A stretch of DNA of 64,000 nucleotides from Nibricoccus sp. (GTDB lineage: Bacteria > Verrucomicrobiota > Verrucomicrobiia > Opitutales > Opitutaceae). Every line of letters starts with the position of its first letter. Position 1 is the first letter of the stretch. The notes under the pieces are model-generated. The model was not told where the DNA came from. It was given only the letters and a program-made list of their open reading frames with translations, and did no database searches. A program made the translations under genes and the position numbers. The stretch lies in contig JASGHG010000001.1 in assembly GCA_047602425.1 (NCBI GenBank), positions 416,001 through 480,000 of the forward strand. Direction: 5' to 3'. This document shows, piece after piece, positions 1 to 10,948 of the stretch.

Positions 1-75
1 TTCCATCGACTTTTCGCCCATCAGGACGAGGTGTGAACGAAAAGTTTCCAGTTCAACGTCAAAGAAGCGTTTCAT
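1..75 (-). CDS. phoU: Phosphate signalling complex protein PhoU, N-terminal part (runs off window start)
   Basis: Minus-strand translation from ATG at 75: MKRFFDVELETFRSHLVLMGEKSME, a typical PhoU N-terminus; lies directly downstream of pstB. Confidence 0.85.
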   Translation of the reverse strand, partial: MKRFFDVELETFRSHLVLMGEKSME

Positions 76-82
76 GTGTAGA

Positions 83-180
83 AAATCTCAAATATCAAAA
101 TTCCAAACGCCAAAGAGGCAGCTTGGTTTTGGTGAAAGTTGTATTTTGAATATTCTTTGGATTTTGAGCAGTTGGGATTT
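83..180. repeat. Heptamer-like repeats (yyCAAA ... TTTGrr) forming a nested imperfect palindrome
   Basis: aaatctcaa(83-91)/ttgggattt(172-180); tcaaaattccaaa(95-107)/tttggattttga(156-167); cgccaaag(108-115)/ttttggtg(127-134). Confidence 0.7.
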
Positions 181-190
181 GCGTTTCGGC

Positions 191-1056
191 TCAGCCGAAA
201 CGTCCTGAGACATAGGCCTCAGTCTGCGGATTGGAGGGATTCATAAAGATCGTGCGAGTGTCGGCGTATTCGACGAGACGGCCGAGGTAGAAAAAGGCGG
301 TTTTGTCAGAGCAACGCGCCGCCTGCTGCATGCTGTGAGTGACGATGATGATCGTATAACGTTCCTTGAGCTCGTGAATGAGCTCCTCCACCTTGGCGGT
401 GGCAATAGGATCAAGCGCGGAGCAGGGCTCATCCATCAAAATAATCTCAGGCTCGACCGCGATGGTCCGGGCAATACAGAGACGCTGCTGCTGCCCGCCG
501 GAAAGGCCGAGGCCGCTTTCGTGGAGGCGGTCTTTTACTTCATCCCACAAGGCGGCGCCGCGCAGGCTTTTTTCCACGGCTTCATCGAGCCGGGCTTTGT
601 TTTTAACGCCCTGAATGCGCAAACCGTAAGTGATGTTTTCGTAAATGGACTTAGGAAACGGATTGGACTTTTGAAAGACCATACCGACGCGTTTGCGAAG
701 CTCGATCGGATCAACGTCGCGGCGGGAAATATCAATGTCGTTGATCTTGATCGATCCGCGGCGAACGGCGGTGCCGTCGATCAGGTCGTTCATGCGATTG
801 AGACAGCGCAGTAGCGTGGATTTGCCGCAACCGGACGGACCGATGAAGGCGGTGACCCGCTTGGCGTCCAGCTTGAGATTGATATCCGTGAGGGCCTGTT
901 TTTCGCCGTAGAAAAAATCGAGATTTTGGATATCGATAATGGTGCGGGTGCTGCCAGGTGCGAAATGGCGGGCAGGCGGCACGAGCGGAGCCCGGGTCGA
1001 GGGAGTGGCGGGAGCAGGAACAGACAAATTGTCCATAGTCGCGGTGGTGTTGGCGG

Positions 1057-1063
<7 letters not shown>
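191..1063 (-). CDS. pstB: Phosphate ABC transporter ATP-binding protein
   Basis: GPSGCGKST Walker [54 protein letters not shown]-terminus; start could be ATG at 1036. Confidence 0.97.
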
Positions 1064-2202
<1,139 letters not shown>

Positions 2203-2206
2203 GCGG

Positions 2207-3817
2207 TCAGCCGATCGAAATTTTATAGCGCCGCACGATGCCCTGCGCGGCGTAGTTGATCGCGAGTGCAAGGAAGAAAAGCACGACGCCCACCATAAAG
2301 AGCGCGCGGTAGTGGATGCTGCCATTGGGCACCTCGCCCATTTCCTGCGCAATAATGCCAGTCATAGTGTGTACTGGCTGGGTGAATACACCAAGGCCCG
2401 CGGTGAAATCCGGAATGGCGATGCGGTTGCCCGCGCAAAGCAATACCACCATCGTCTCCCCCATCACACGGCCAAAGCCGAGCAACACCGCTGAGATGAT
2501 GCCGGAGAGACCGGCCGGCACCACAATCTTCACGATCGTCTGCAGACGGCTGGCGCCCAGCGCAAAGGAAGCTTCCTTAAAGGCACGCGGGACGTTGTTG
2601 ATCGCGTCCTCCGCAAGGGTGAAAATTGTCGGTACGGAAAGCAGCGCGAGCAGGCAACCGGCCGTGAGGGCGTTGAGCCGTTCGCTCATCGGAAAACCCG
2701 GCACCCATGAAAGCCAGGACACCTGCGACACGGAGCGAAGCAACGTGCCGAGTATCGCGATGCCGAAGAAACCGAGTACAACCGAAGGGATCGCCGAGAT
2801 AAACTCGATGCAGGGCTTGATCAACTTCTGCTCCGCCGTCGTCGCGATTTGATTGACGTAAATGGCGGCGGCGACGCCAAGCGGAACGGCAATGACAAGG
2901 GCGATAATCGAAACCAACAGCGAACCAGTAAAAAGAGGCAGGACGCCATACCAGTCCTGCCAGAAACTGGCGGTCAGCCATTGGCGTCCAAAAATAAAAC
3001 CTGAGAAAGACGCGGAAAACGGCACCGGCTCCAGGTAGTTCCATTGCTCCAGCTTGTGTTCCACGGCGGGAAATTGCCCGAGGTGTTCGCGAGCCAGCTG
3101 CTTGAAACGAGTCAGACGCTGCTCCAACTCGGGCGTGGGGAGCGAAGGCGATGCGGTGAGCGCCGCTTCGAGCCGCTCGGAAACGGTTTTGGTCGTTTCC
3201 TTGTATTCCGCGAAACGGCCTATGACTGGCTGAAGACCGGTTTTGAAATCCACTTCATCAACCACGACTTTCGCGGCGTCTTCCGTTCTTCCGGCTGCAA
3301 GGAGTTGCTCGCGCTCCGTGTGCTTGTCGCTGGCCACGGCGAACTTTTCCTTAAGCTCGACGGACGCCTGCGAGAGTTCCCCAATGAAACTGCGCAAAGG
3401 ATCAAGCGCATCGCCGTAATTGGCCGCAAAATCGTCGAAGGCGGAAAGCCGGGCGTTGGCCAGGGCGAGGGGAAGATTTTCCTTCAGCAAATAGTGATTG
3501 AGCGCACGAAGACGTAGGTCTGAAAGGTAACGCGTGAGTGCGGCGTGGTCGGTTTCCTGCTGCCGGATGATATCGACGTATTCCAAGCCGGCGCGGCGGT
3601 AGACCGTGAGGTTGTGGTGGTTTTGCGCGAAGAATTGATAGCCCTCGCGGAAAAGGAAAATCGTGATCAAAGCGAGCACGACCACGGCGACCAAAGCGTT
3701 ACCGCCAAAAAAAGTCTCAATGCACTCGTCTTTGGTCAGCCCGAAGAAACGCGTGCGGGCTTTGACGATCGCAAAGCCTGGCGTGGTGGCGGAAACTGTG
3801 GTGGAAGCGTGGGACAT
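2207..3817 (-). CDS. pstC: Phosphate ABC transporter permease PstC with a long soluble insertion
   Basis: YGVLPLFTGS, AIPSVVLGFFG, EASFALGASRLQT, GRVMGETMVV, HYRALF. Confidence 0.95.
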   Translation of the reverse strand: MSHASTTVSATTPGFAIVKARTRFFGLTKDECIETFFGGNALVAVVVLALITIFLFREGYQFFAQNHHNLTVYRRAGLEYVDIIRQQETDHAALTRYLSDLRLRALNHYLLKENLPLALANARLSAFDDFAANYGDALDPLRSFIGELSQASVELKEKFAVASDKHTEREQLLAAGRTEDAAKVVVDEVDFKTGLQPVIGRFAEYKETTKTVSERLEAALTASPSLPTPELEQRLTRFKQLAREHLGQFPAVEHKLEQWNYLEPVPFSASFSGFIFGRQWLTASFWQDWYGVLPLFTGSLLVSIIALVIAVPLGVAAAIYVNQIATTAEQKLIKPCIEFISAIPSVVLGFFGIAILGTLLRSVSQVSWLSWVPGFPMSERLNALTAGCLLALLSVPTIFTLAEDAINNVPRAFKEASFALGASRLQTIVKIVVPAGLSGIISAVLLGFGRVMGETMVVLLCAGNRIAIPDFTAGLGVFTQPVHTMTGIIAQEMGEVPNGSIHYRALFMVGVVLFFLALAINYAAQGIVRRYKISIG

Positions 3818-3839
3818 TTAGAGTAAAACGCGCGCTTAC

Positions 3840-3881
3840 AAAAAGTCAGAGGTCCACCCGCATTCGACAAGTGGACCTCTG
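3840..3881 (-). terminator. Hairpin plus T-run between pstS and pstC (attenuator or mRNA stabiliser)
   Basis: cagaggtccac(3847-3857)/gtggacctctg(3871-3881), followed on the - strand by acttttt. Confidence 0.65.
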
Positions 3882-3913
3882 TTACATTCACGAAACAAAC
3901 ACACACAAAGTAG

Positions 3914-4723
3914 TTAGCGGACCGGAACGAAACCGACCTTCTCAACGATTTTCTGCCCCTCGTCGCTCAAAGTGAAATCGACGAACTTGGCGGCTTCACC
4001 GGAAGGTTCTCCGTTCGTGTAGTAGAACGTGGGGCGGGCGTACGGATATTTTTTGGAAACGACTGAGTCCTTGTCCGGCGTGGTGCCATCGATCGGGATG
4101 ACTTTGATGCCGTCGGCATGGATGTAGGCGAGCCCCACATAACCGATACCATTGGGATTCTTGGCCACTTCGGAAACGATCTGTTCGTTGCCCGCCATCT
4201 TTTGCGAAGACGGAGCGTAATCGAGTTTGTCCATGGCGAGTTCTTTCCAATCCGAATAGGTGCCCGACGAAGTGTTGCGGGTATAGACCGAGATCTTGCC
4301 CGGCGCGCCGCCGATGGCGGACCAGTCGGTGACGGTGCCGGTGAAGACCTGTTTTACCTGGCGTTTGGTTAGCGCGGTGATCGGACTGTTGGCATTCACG
4401 ATGACTGCCATGCCGTCGTAGGCGACGACGCAGGGCTTCATGTTCACGCCCTTGGCTTGCGCGGCGGACATTTCGGTGGGTTTGGCACGGCGGGAAGACA
4501 TGCCAATCTGCGCGGTGCCATCAATGATCGCAGTGATACCGGTGGTCGAACCTTCGGCGGCAATCTCGAAGGAGGTACCGGGATTCTTGGCCTTGTATTC
4601 TTCCGCAAGTTGCGGGACGAGCTTGGCGCCAAGCGTGTCGGAGCCCTTGATCACGAGCTTTTCGGCGCGGATCAGACCAGTGGTGGCGAGCGCGGCCGCG
4701 AGAAGGAGGAAAGATTTTTTCAT
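3914..4723 (-). CDS. pstS: Phosphate ABC transporter substrate-binding protein
   Basis: Signal peptide; IKGSDT, EGSTTGI, IGMSSR, VAYDG, RNTSSGT, GIGYVG, YPYARP motifs. Confidence 0.95.
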   Translation of the reverse strand: MKKSFLLLAAALATTGLIRAEKLVIKGSDTLGAKLVPQLAEEYKAKNPGTSFEIAAEGSTTGITAIIDGTAQIGMSSRRAKPTEMSAAQAKGVNMKPCVVAYDGMAVIVNANSPITALTKRQVKQVFTGTVTDWSAIGGAPGKISVYTRNTSSGTYSDWKELAMDKLDYAPSSQKMAGNEQIVSEVAKNPNGIGYVGLAYIHADGIKVIPIDGTTPDKDSVVSKKYPYARPTFYYTNGEPSGEAAKFVDFTLSDEGQKIVEKVGFVPVR

Positions 4724-4749
4724 GGAGTTTTATTGGTTATGCTAAGCGG

Positions 4750-6090
4750 TTAGAATTTCACGACGACGTCGGCCTGAAGCAGCCAGTATTTGTCGAGGTT
4801 GTTGTTGGAGCCGATGTCGCCCGCGCCGGGAGCGATGATGGAGTCTTCGATGCGCTTCGCCTGGGCAGCCGTAAGCGTGAAGAGCGTCGCACCTCCCACC
4901 GCGTAGTCGAAGCCGGCCACGACGCCGCGCATGTTCGTGCGACTGTCGAAGACGTCAGAATCCACGAGATTCGGATCGAGCGCGAAAGCCTGAACCGATT
5001 GATATGCTACACGGGCAGCCCAATCCCCTTTGTTAACTGCTTTGCCATACTGAAAACCGACGGTGAACGCTTTGTTTTCGCTATCGAGATCGGAGCGACC
5101 GAATTTGAGAGCGCGATCCTTGGCATCGAGGTTGATCGCAACGTCGGCGTAGGTGCGAAACGGAACGCCGCCCATGACCCAGTTATATTCGAATGGGATT
5201 TCAACGACGGTCAGATTGTTGACCGCAGTTTGATTTGCGGTTGCGGAAAAACCGTCACGGAAGGCTGCAGCGTTTTGCGATGAACGCACGTAGGTATAAA
5301 GCGTCGGCGTGATCAGGAAGTAATTTGTCGCGCCCTCGACGTAGAGTTTATATCCGGCCTGCCACGCGAGAAGACCCATGTCCTTCACATTGGCTCCTGT
5401 GCCGAAGGAATTCTGCGTGTTCGCGGCGCTGTAGAGGAATTGTCCGAACACAGCGGAGAACTCGTTGCTGCCCGTGCGGTATTTGAATTGTTCGGCAAAG
5501 CCCTCGGGATTGATGTCGCCGTCCCAAACCATTGACGTGGTGTTAAGCGGATTCGGCATGCGACCGACCGTGATGTTGAAGAGCGGGCTCGGCGCGTAAT
5601 TGACATAAATCTGGCCGATATAGATGCCGTCGCTCGCCTTATGGAAAGGCGCGGTGTTGGCGGCGGAATCGTCACCCATCGTGACGTTGCTGGAACGGCT
5701 GCCGTTCGCAGTTTCAAGGCGTGCACCAAACGACCAGTTATTCAGCACCTTGCCGGTGATGCTGGTGCGGAAACGATAACGGAAACGATCGCGCTCCAGG
5801 TGATCGCCGGAAGGAAGCGCGCCCGAGCGGCTTTCGAAACGCGCACGCACGTCGCCCGACAAACGAAGCTCGGTCAACGTGGAAGATAGGTTCAGTTTAC
5901 CAGCTGCGGTATTGGCCGCGAAATCCTTCACGAGTTCAGCGCGGAGATTTTCCGCCTCTTGATCGTTGATCACGCCTTTCTTGACGAGCAGGTCGAGCAG
6001 CGGACCGCTGTCTTGGGCAAAGGCCGCGGAGGCGGCGCTGATGACTGCGCTGGCGATCAGCGCCAGCCATTTTGTACGAGTTGTAGCCAT
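4750..6090 (-). CDS. Putative outer-membrane porin, first gene of the pst operon
   Basis: Signal peptide, LLDLLVKKGVI N-terminal helix, GDVRARFE/RDRFRYRFR beta strands, WDGDINPEG, C-terminal Phe. Confidence 0.8.
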   Translation of the reverse strand: MATTRTKWLALIASAVISAASAAFAQDSGPLLDLLVKKGVINDQEAENLRAELVKDFAANTAAGKLNLSSTLTELRLSGDVRARFESRSGALPSGDHLERDRFRYRFRTSITGKVLNNWSFGARLETANGSRSSNVTMGDDSAANTAPFHKASDGIYIGQIYVNYAPSPLFNITVGRMPNPLNTTSMVWDGDINPEGFAEQFKYRTGSNEFSAVFGQFLYSAANTQNSFGTGANVKDMGLLAWQAGYKLYVEGATNYFLITPTLYTYVRSSQNAAAFRDGFSATANQTAVNNLTVVEIPFEYNWVMGGVPFRTYADVAINLDAKDRALKFGRSDLDSENKAFTVGFQYGKAVNKGDWAARVAYQSVQAFALDPNLVDSDVFDSRTNMRGVVAGFDYAVGGATLFTLTAAQAKRIEDSIIAPGAGDIGSNNNLDKYWLLQADVVVKF

Positions 6091-6162
6091 ACGGATGTGT
6101 GGTGTTTTACGTTGGATGAAACGCCGGCAACTTGCCGACGGACCACACGATGCCTGCGCCTT

Positions 6163-6200
6163 GCTACGAACTTGTGGCAGCCGCGTTACGAACGCGTGAA
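6163..6200 (-). promoter_or_regulatory. Pho-box-like array of four pentamers at 11-bp periodicity
   Basis: Minus strand reads TTCAC-n6-GTAAC-n6-GCCAC-n6-GTAGC, 73-110 bp upstream of the porin-pst operon. Confidence 0.65.
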
Positions 6201-6288
6201 CTTCGCCATCTTTTGGAAAAAAGTGTCAGTCGGCCTCGCTGGATGCGCACCCAGCCGTAAGCGACAACCTGTCCACCCGCTCGGAAAC

Positions 6289-8961
6289 TCAGATTGTCGG
6301 CGTTTCCGGCTCCACCACCTGAGCAGTCGTGAGCTGAATGAGGCTTTGCAACGAATTGAAATGCTGACTGAGGTCGAAGTCGCCCTCGACGCCACCGATC
6401 AGCTTGTCGAACAAATCCTTCTTCGAAGCCTTGAGCGCCTGGATGCGCTCCTCGATCGTGCCCGCGGTAACCATGCGGTAGACGAACACGGTATTCGTTT
6501 GTCCAATACGGTGAACGCGATCGACGGCCTGTGCCTCCACCGCCGGGTTCCACCAGGGGTCGAGCAGGAAAACGTAATCGGCCGCGTGCAGGGTGATGCC
6601 GGTGCCGGCGGCCTTGAGGGAGACGAGCATAACAGCGGCGCCCTGGGCGTTTTGAAAACCTTGCACAGGCTTCTGCCGATCCAGCGTCATACCGGTAAGT
6701 TCGTAGCGTGGAAGATCCGGAAACTGCGTGGACAGCGCCTCGCGCACACGATCGAGCAACATCACGAACTGCGAGAAAATGACGGCCTTGTGACCACTGC
6801 TGATGACCTCGGCGAGTTTTTCGACGAGCAGGTTGATCTTTCCCGAATCGGTCAGCGGCGCCTTCATCCAAGGCAGCATGTCGGGATCGCAACAAACTTG
6901 GCGCAGACGCGTAAGGAGCGCGAGGAAACCAAAACTCTTTTCCCTCATCGCGGCGCCCACATCATCGCCGAGACGGTTCAGGCCCTCGGTGCAAATCTTC
7001 GCGTACTCGGCGCGTTGCACATCGGTCAGCGGGCAGAATAACTCCATCTCGACCTTGGGCGGCAGCTCCTTGGCAACTTCGTTCTTCGTGCGGCGTAGAA
7101 TGAATGGTGCCAGTTGTGCGCGCAGGCGACCCAGCGTAGCGATGCGATCGGCGTTAAGCGCAGACTCAAAACCCGAACGAGAACCAAGCAATCCCGGCAA
7201 GAGATAGCGGAAGATGGACCACAGATCGAGCTGGCGGTTTTCCAGCGGCGTACCGGTTAGCACCAGGCGGTGTTTCGCGCGCACGGCGAAGCAGGTCTGG
7301 GTGATTTTCGCGTCGGGATTCTTGATGAACTGGCCTTCATCGAGAATCGCGTAGCCAAATTCGTGCGCGTCGAGCAACGCCTTGTGCTTGCGCAGCTGCG
7401 TATAACTGGCGAGCCAGACGACGGGATCTTTGCGCGAGGTGAAATCGTGGCCCGTCTTGAGCACGTCCACCGCGAGTTGCGGGGCGAACCGCGCCAATTC
7501 CTCGCGCCAAACCGGCACCACGCTCGCCGGACAAACCACGAGCGTCGGCTTTTCGTCGCACGGCCGCATCGAAAGCAGGGAAATCACCTGGAGGGTCTTG
7601 CCCAAACCCATTTCGTCCGCGAGCAAACCATGACAGCCCACATCGCACAGGTGGTGGAGCCACTCGACACCGCGCCGTTGATAGGGACGGAGGATTTCGG
7701 GAAATGGTTTTTCAACCGAAGTCGTCTCAACCACACTCGACCGCCAAGCTTCCAGCTCGGGCGACAGCGTCAGTTTGAAACGTGCATCGCTGAAAAGCGA
7801 AAAAATGAGATATGGCGAGAGCGAACCATCCGCATGCGTCTCAGCAACGTTGCGCTGCCAGGCTTTGATCGATTCGAGCCGGTCCGTGGGAAGCGTGACG
7901 ATGCCGACCGTCGGTAAAAGCACCGGATTCGTGCCCCGCTTGAGCAACAGATCGACCTCCTCCTCCGTGAGGAGTCGTTCACCAGCCTTGAAAATCCAGC
8001 GCAGGTCGAGGCCTTGCCCGTTGCGCCGCGACTGCGCGACCGCTTCGATCTCCAGTGTGCGCGGTCCCTTGAGAAGGTTGGACGCATTTTCGTCGAGTTC
8101 GACGGAAAAGAGCCGTTTCCAAGCGGGCAGCGTGACCTTTAGGAAATTCGGGATTTCTACAACCGACTCCATGAGGTAAACGCCGGTCGTCTGGTTGTAG
8201 GAAAAATGCGCCTTGCGCGCATAGGCGGCGAGGCCGATAAGTTTTGCGCGTTCGCTGGAGGTGACATGCGCGATACCGGGCGCGTGCGAGGCCTGACCGA
8301 GAGCAGGAATGCGGCTTCTGCCATTTTGCCAAAAGGCCTGAAAATGCAGGCCCTCCGCCTTTGTTTCGAAAACCAGTAGCAACGTCCTTGTGGCTGTGTT
8401 TCGCGCGGGACTCGAAGCTGCGGAGGCGCTGCCTGAGGCGGCCGGAGCGGCGGCATGCCCGTTGCCATTGCCATTTCCAGGAGCGGTCGCCGGCCGTGCG
8501 GCAGGTGCGGTTTGCGCATGGCCGTTGCTGTTCGGGGCTCCGTTCTTGGGGACTACGTTTTTGGTTGCACCGTTTTCCGAAGCATCCGGAAGCGCGGAAA
8601 TCTCGTCACAGACGAGCTCTTCGATCTCATGCAAACCAGCTACAGCAAGCGCATGGGCGAGCTCGCGATTGGTCGAAGACGAGCGGACTGAAAGTGTTCC
8701 ATTATCCCATTCAATGACCGCGTACTCATCTTTTTTTTCCACGCGGCGATGGATAATTGCATCATTTGGAGTAAGTTCCAATTCCCGAACTTCGCCGTCG
8801 CGATAGATGCGGCGCCCCTCTTCAAGCTGAGACGTCGAAAAGCTTTCCTCCCAGTCACGTTCCAGTTTTCCGAACCAGAATTCGAGCGACTGCGGGGTGT
8901 AGACGCGTTTCGGGCCGTGGGCTTGCATCAATCTAAAAGAGGGCACGCTAGGCTCCGACAA
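6289..8961 (-). CDS. SNF2-family (SWI2/SNF2) helicase-like ATPase
   Basis: LRPYQ, LADEMGLGKT, ILDEGQFIKN, LTGTPLEN, PFILRRTK, VIFSQF, SLKAAGTGITL, DPWWNPAVEAQAVDRVHRIGQ; exact start uncertain. Confidence 0.93.
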   Translation of the reverse strand: MSEPSVPSFRLMQAHGPKRVYTPQSLEFWFGKLERDWEESFSTSQLEEGRRIYRDGEVRELELTPNDAIIHRRVEKKDEYAVIEWDNGTLSVRSSSTNRELAHALAVAGLHEIEELVCDEISALPDASENGATKNVVPKNGAPNSNGHAQTAPAARPATAPGNGNGNGHAAAPAASGSASAASSPARNTATRTLLLVFETKAEGLHFQAFWQNGRSRIPALGQASHAPGIAHVTSSERAKLIGLAAYARKAHFSYNQTTGVYLMESVVEIPNFLKVTLPAWKRLFSVELDENASNLLKGPRTLEIEAVAQSRRNGQGLDLRWIFKAGERLLTEEEVDLLLKRGTNPVLLPTVGIVTLPTDRLESIKAWQRNVAETHADGSLSPYLIFSLFSDARFKLTLSPELEAWRSSVVETTSVEKPFPEILRPYQRRGVEWLHHLCDVGCHGLLADEMGLGKTLQVISLLSMRPCDEKPTLVVCPASVVPVWREELARFAPQLAVDVLKTGHDFTSRKDPVVWLASYTQLRKHKALLDAHEFGYAILDEGQFIKNPDAKITQTCFAVRAKHRLVLTGTPLENRQLDLWSIFRYLLPGLLGSRSGFESALNADRIATLGRLRAQLAPFILRRTKNEVAKELPPKVEMELFCPLTDVQRAEYAKICTEGLNRLGDDVGAAMREKSFGFLALLTRLRQVCCDPDMLPWMKAPLTDSGKINLLVEKLAEVISSGHKAVIFSQFVMLLDRVREALSTQFPDLPRYELTGMTLDRQKPVQGFQNAQGAAVMLVSLKAAGTGITLHAADYVFLLDPWWNPAVEAQAVDRVHRIGQTNTVFVYRMVTAGTIEERIQALKASKKDLFDKLIGGVEGDFDLSQHFNSLQSLIQLTTAQVVEPETPTI

Positions 8962-9202
8962 GGGCTGGGCAATCTCTTTTTACGGTCAAACGGCTGGCCT
9001 GCGGAAAATCTTGGAAAATCCTCGCGCAACCCTATGCGAGCCGTGGACATGGCACGCAAAAAAATGTTTTTGAAAACGGGCTTCCATCGCATCCGCGCGC
9101 ACGAATTCGCCAGCTCGATATCGCATGCGACGAGCCTTCGACCGCGCCGAAAAAATTTCCATTGAGGTTTTCCGCGGCACCAATATTTCGATTGTGGCAA
9201 CC

Positions 9203-10780
9203 ATGACTAAGGTTGCATCACCCGCCACTCATCCGGCCGACGCCACATTCTATCTTTCGGCCGATCAATTCTTCCCGGCCAGCCTGCCGACCGCTCTGAC
9301 CTTCGACGACGTCTCGCTCGCCACGCTCTACTCGGAAATCCTCCCGAAAGACGCCGATTGCTCCACCGCCCTGTCCGAAACGCTTCGCCTTCCGATTCCG
9401 ATCGTTTCGTCCGACATGGACACCGTTACTGAGTCCCGCATGGCCATCGCCATGGCACTCAACGGCGGGCTCGGTCTCATCCACTATAATATGACGCCGA
9501 AGGATCAGGTAAAGGAGATCGCCCGCGTCAAACGCCACATCCACGGCCTCATTCAAGACCCGATCACCGTCGCCCTCGACGCTTCCGTCGCCGATGTGCT
9601 CTCGATGATCGAGCAGAAGAAATTCGCTTTCTCGACTTTCCCTGTCGTCGACCGTGAAGGAAAATTGGCCGGCCTGCTCTCGGGCAATGTCGTCAAGGAA
9701 CGTTATAAGTCCAAGAAAGTTTCCGAGGTCATGACCGCTCGCGCGCAACTCGTCACCGAGTACGAGCGCAACGTCGCCAAGGACCCAATCAAGGCCGCCG
9801 ACGCTTTCTTTAACGAACACATTGGTATCAACAAAATGCTCGTGCTCGACGACACCGGCCGGCTCCGCGGCCTCGTGACCAGCTCCGACGTCGAACGCAT
9901 CACCAGTGAAGCCAAATCCCGCCGCAAGCCCGCCCGCGACGCCAACTTCCGCCTCATTGTCGGTGCCGCCCTCGCGCCTGTCCGCAAACCTTCCGGCGAT
10001 CTCGACCGCGATAAAATTGTCAGTCATGTCGGCGCATTGATGGACGAGTCCATTGACGCCGTCGCCATTTCCACCGCCCACGGCCATACCGCTGGTGTGG
10101 GTGAAATGGTTAAGATGGTCCGCAGTGCCTTCCCTTCCCTCACAATCATCGCGGGCAACGTCACCAGCGCTTCCGGGGTCGAATACCTCGCCGATTGCGG
10201 CGCCGACGCGATCAAGGTCGGCCAGGGTCCCGGCTCGATCTGTACCACGCGCATCGTCGCCGGCGTCGGCATTCCGCAACTCACCGCCCTTTACGCCGCC
10301 AGTAAAGGCGCCGCCGCCAAGGGCGTGCGCATCATTGCCGACGGCGGCATCACCAAATCCGGCGATATCGTAAAGGCCCTCACGCTCGCCGACTCCGTCA
10401 TCCTCGGCGGCCTGCTCGCCGGTTGCCGCGAAGCTCCTGGTGAAATCATGGAGATCAATGGCAAACTCTATAAACAATACCGCGGCATGGGTAGCCTCTC
10501 CGCGATGAAAGCCGGCTCCGCCGCCCGCTACGGTCACGACAAAACCGACAACACCCGCAAGCTCACCGCCGAAGGCATCGAGGCGTTGAAGGAAGTTTCC
10601 GGTTATGCCGATGACGTCCTCGCCAACCTCATCGGTGGTCTGCAAAGCGGCATGGGCTATCTCGGCGCCAAAAATCTCACCGAGCTCCGCACCCGAGCCC
10701 GCTACATTCGCGTCAGCTCCGCCGGCATGAAAGAAGCCGCGCCGCACGACGTGATCGAGGTCGCAACGCGGAAGAGCTGA
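9203..10780 (+). CDS. guaB: Inosine-5'-monophosphate dehydrogenase with CBS pair
   Basis: [33 protein letters not shown] (catalytic Cys), [21 protein letters not shown]; start re-assigned to ATG 9203. Confidence 0.95.
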   Translation: MTKVASPATHPADATFYLSADQFFPASLPTALTFDDVSLATLYSEILPKDADCSTALSETLRLPIPIVSSDMDTVTESRMAIAMALNGGLGLIHYNMTPKDQVKEIARVKRHIHGLIQDPITVALDASVADVLSMIEQKKFAFSTFPVVDREGKLAGLLSGNVVKERYKSKKVSEVMTARAQLVTEYERNVAKDPIKAADAFFNEHIGINKMLVLDDTGRLRGLVTSSDVERITSEAKSRRKPARDANFRLIVGAALAPVRKPSGDLDRDKIVSHVGALMDESIDAVAISTAHGHTAGVGEMVKMVRSAFPSLTIIAGNVTSASGVEYLADCGADAIKVGQGPGSICTTRIVAGVGIPQLTALYAASKGAAAKGVRIIADGGITKSGDIVKALTLADSVILGGLLAGCREAPGEIMEINGKLYKQYRGMGSLSAMKAGSAARYGHDKTDNTRKLTAEGIEALKEVSGYADDVLANLIGGLQSGMGYLGAKNLTELRTRARYIRVSSAGMKEAAPHDVIEVATRKS

Positions 10781-10948
10781 CGATCTTTCGTCGGGCTCAT
10801 CCGTGTCCCATGGCCGTTTTCGTTTTCGCAAGTGATCGGCTCTAGACCAGCCGATCCTTTGCCAAAATCGTCGCGCACTTTCCCTGTCTTGCGCTGTCGA
10901 CAACGCCGTGAATTTCCTTCCACATTCCGCACGCCTCGTTTGCTCCGC

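Noticed and set aside
6289..8961. SNF2 helicase as part of an anti-phage defence system
   Set aside because: No methylase, nuclease or other defence partner nearby; flanked by housekeeping genes with the same codon style
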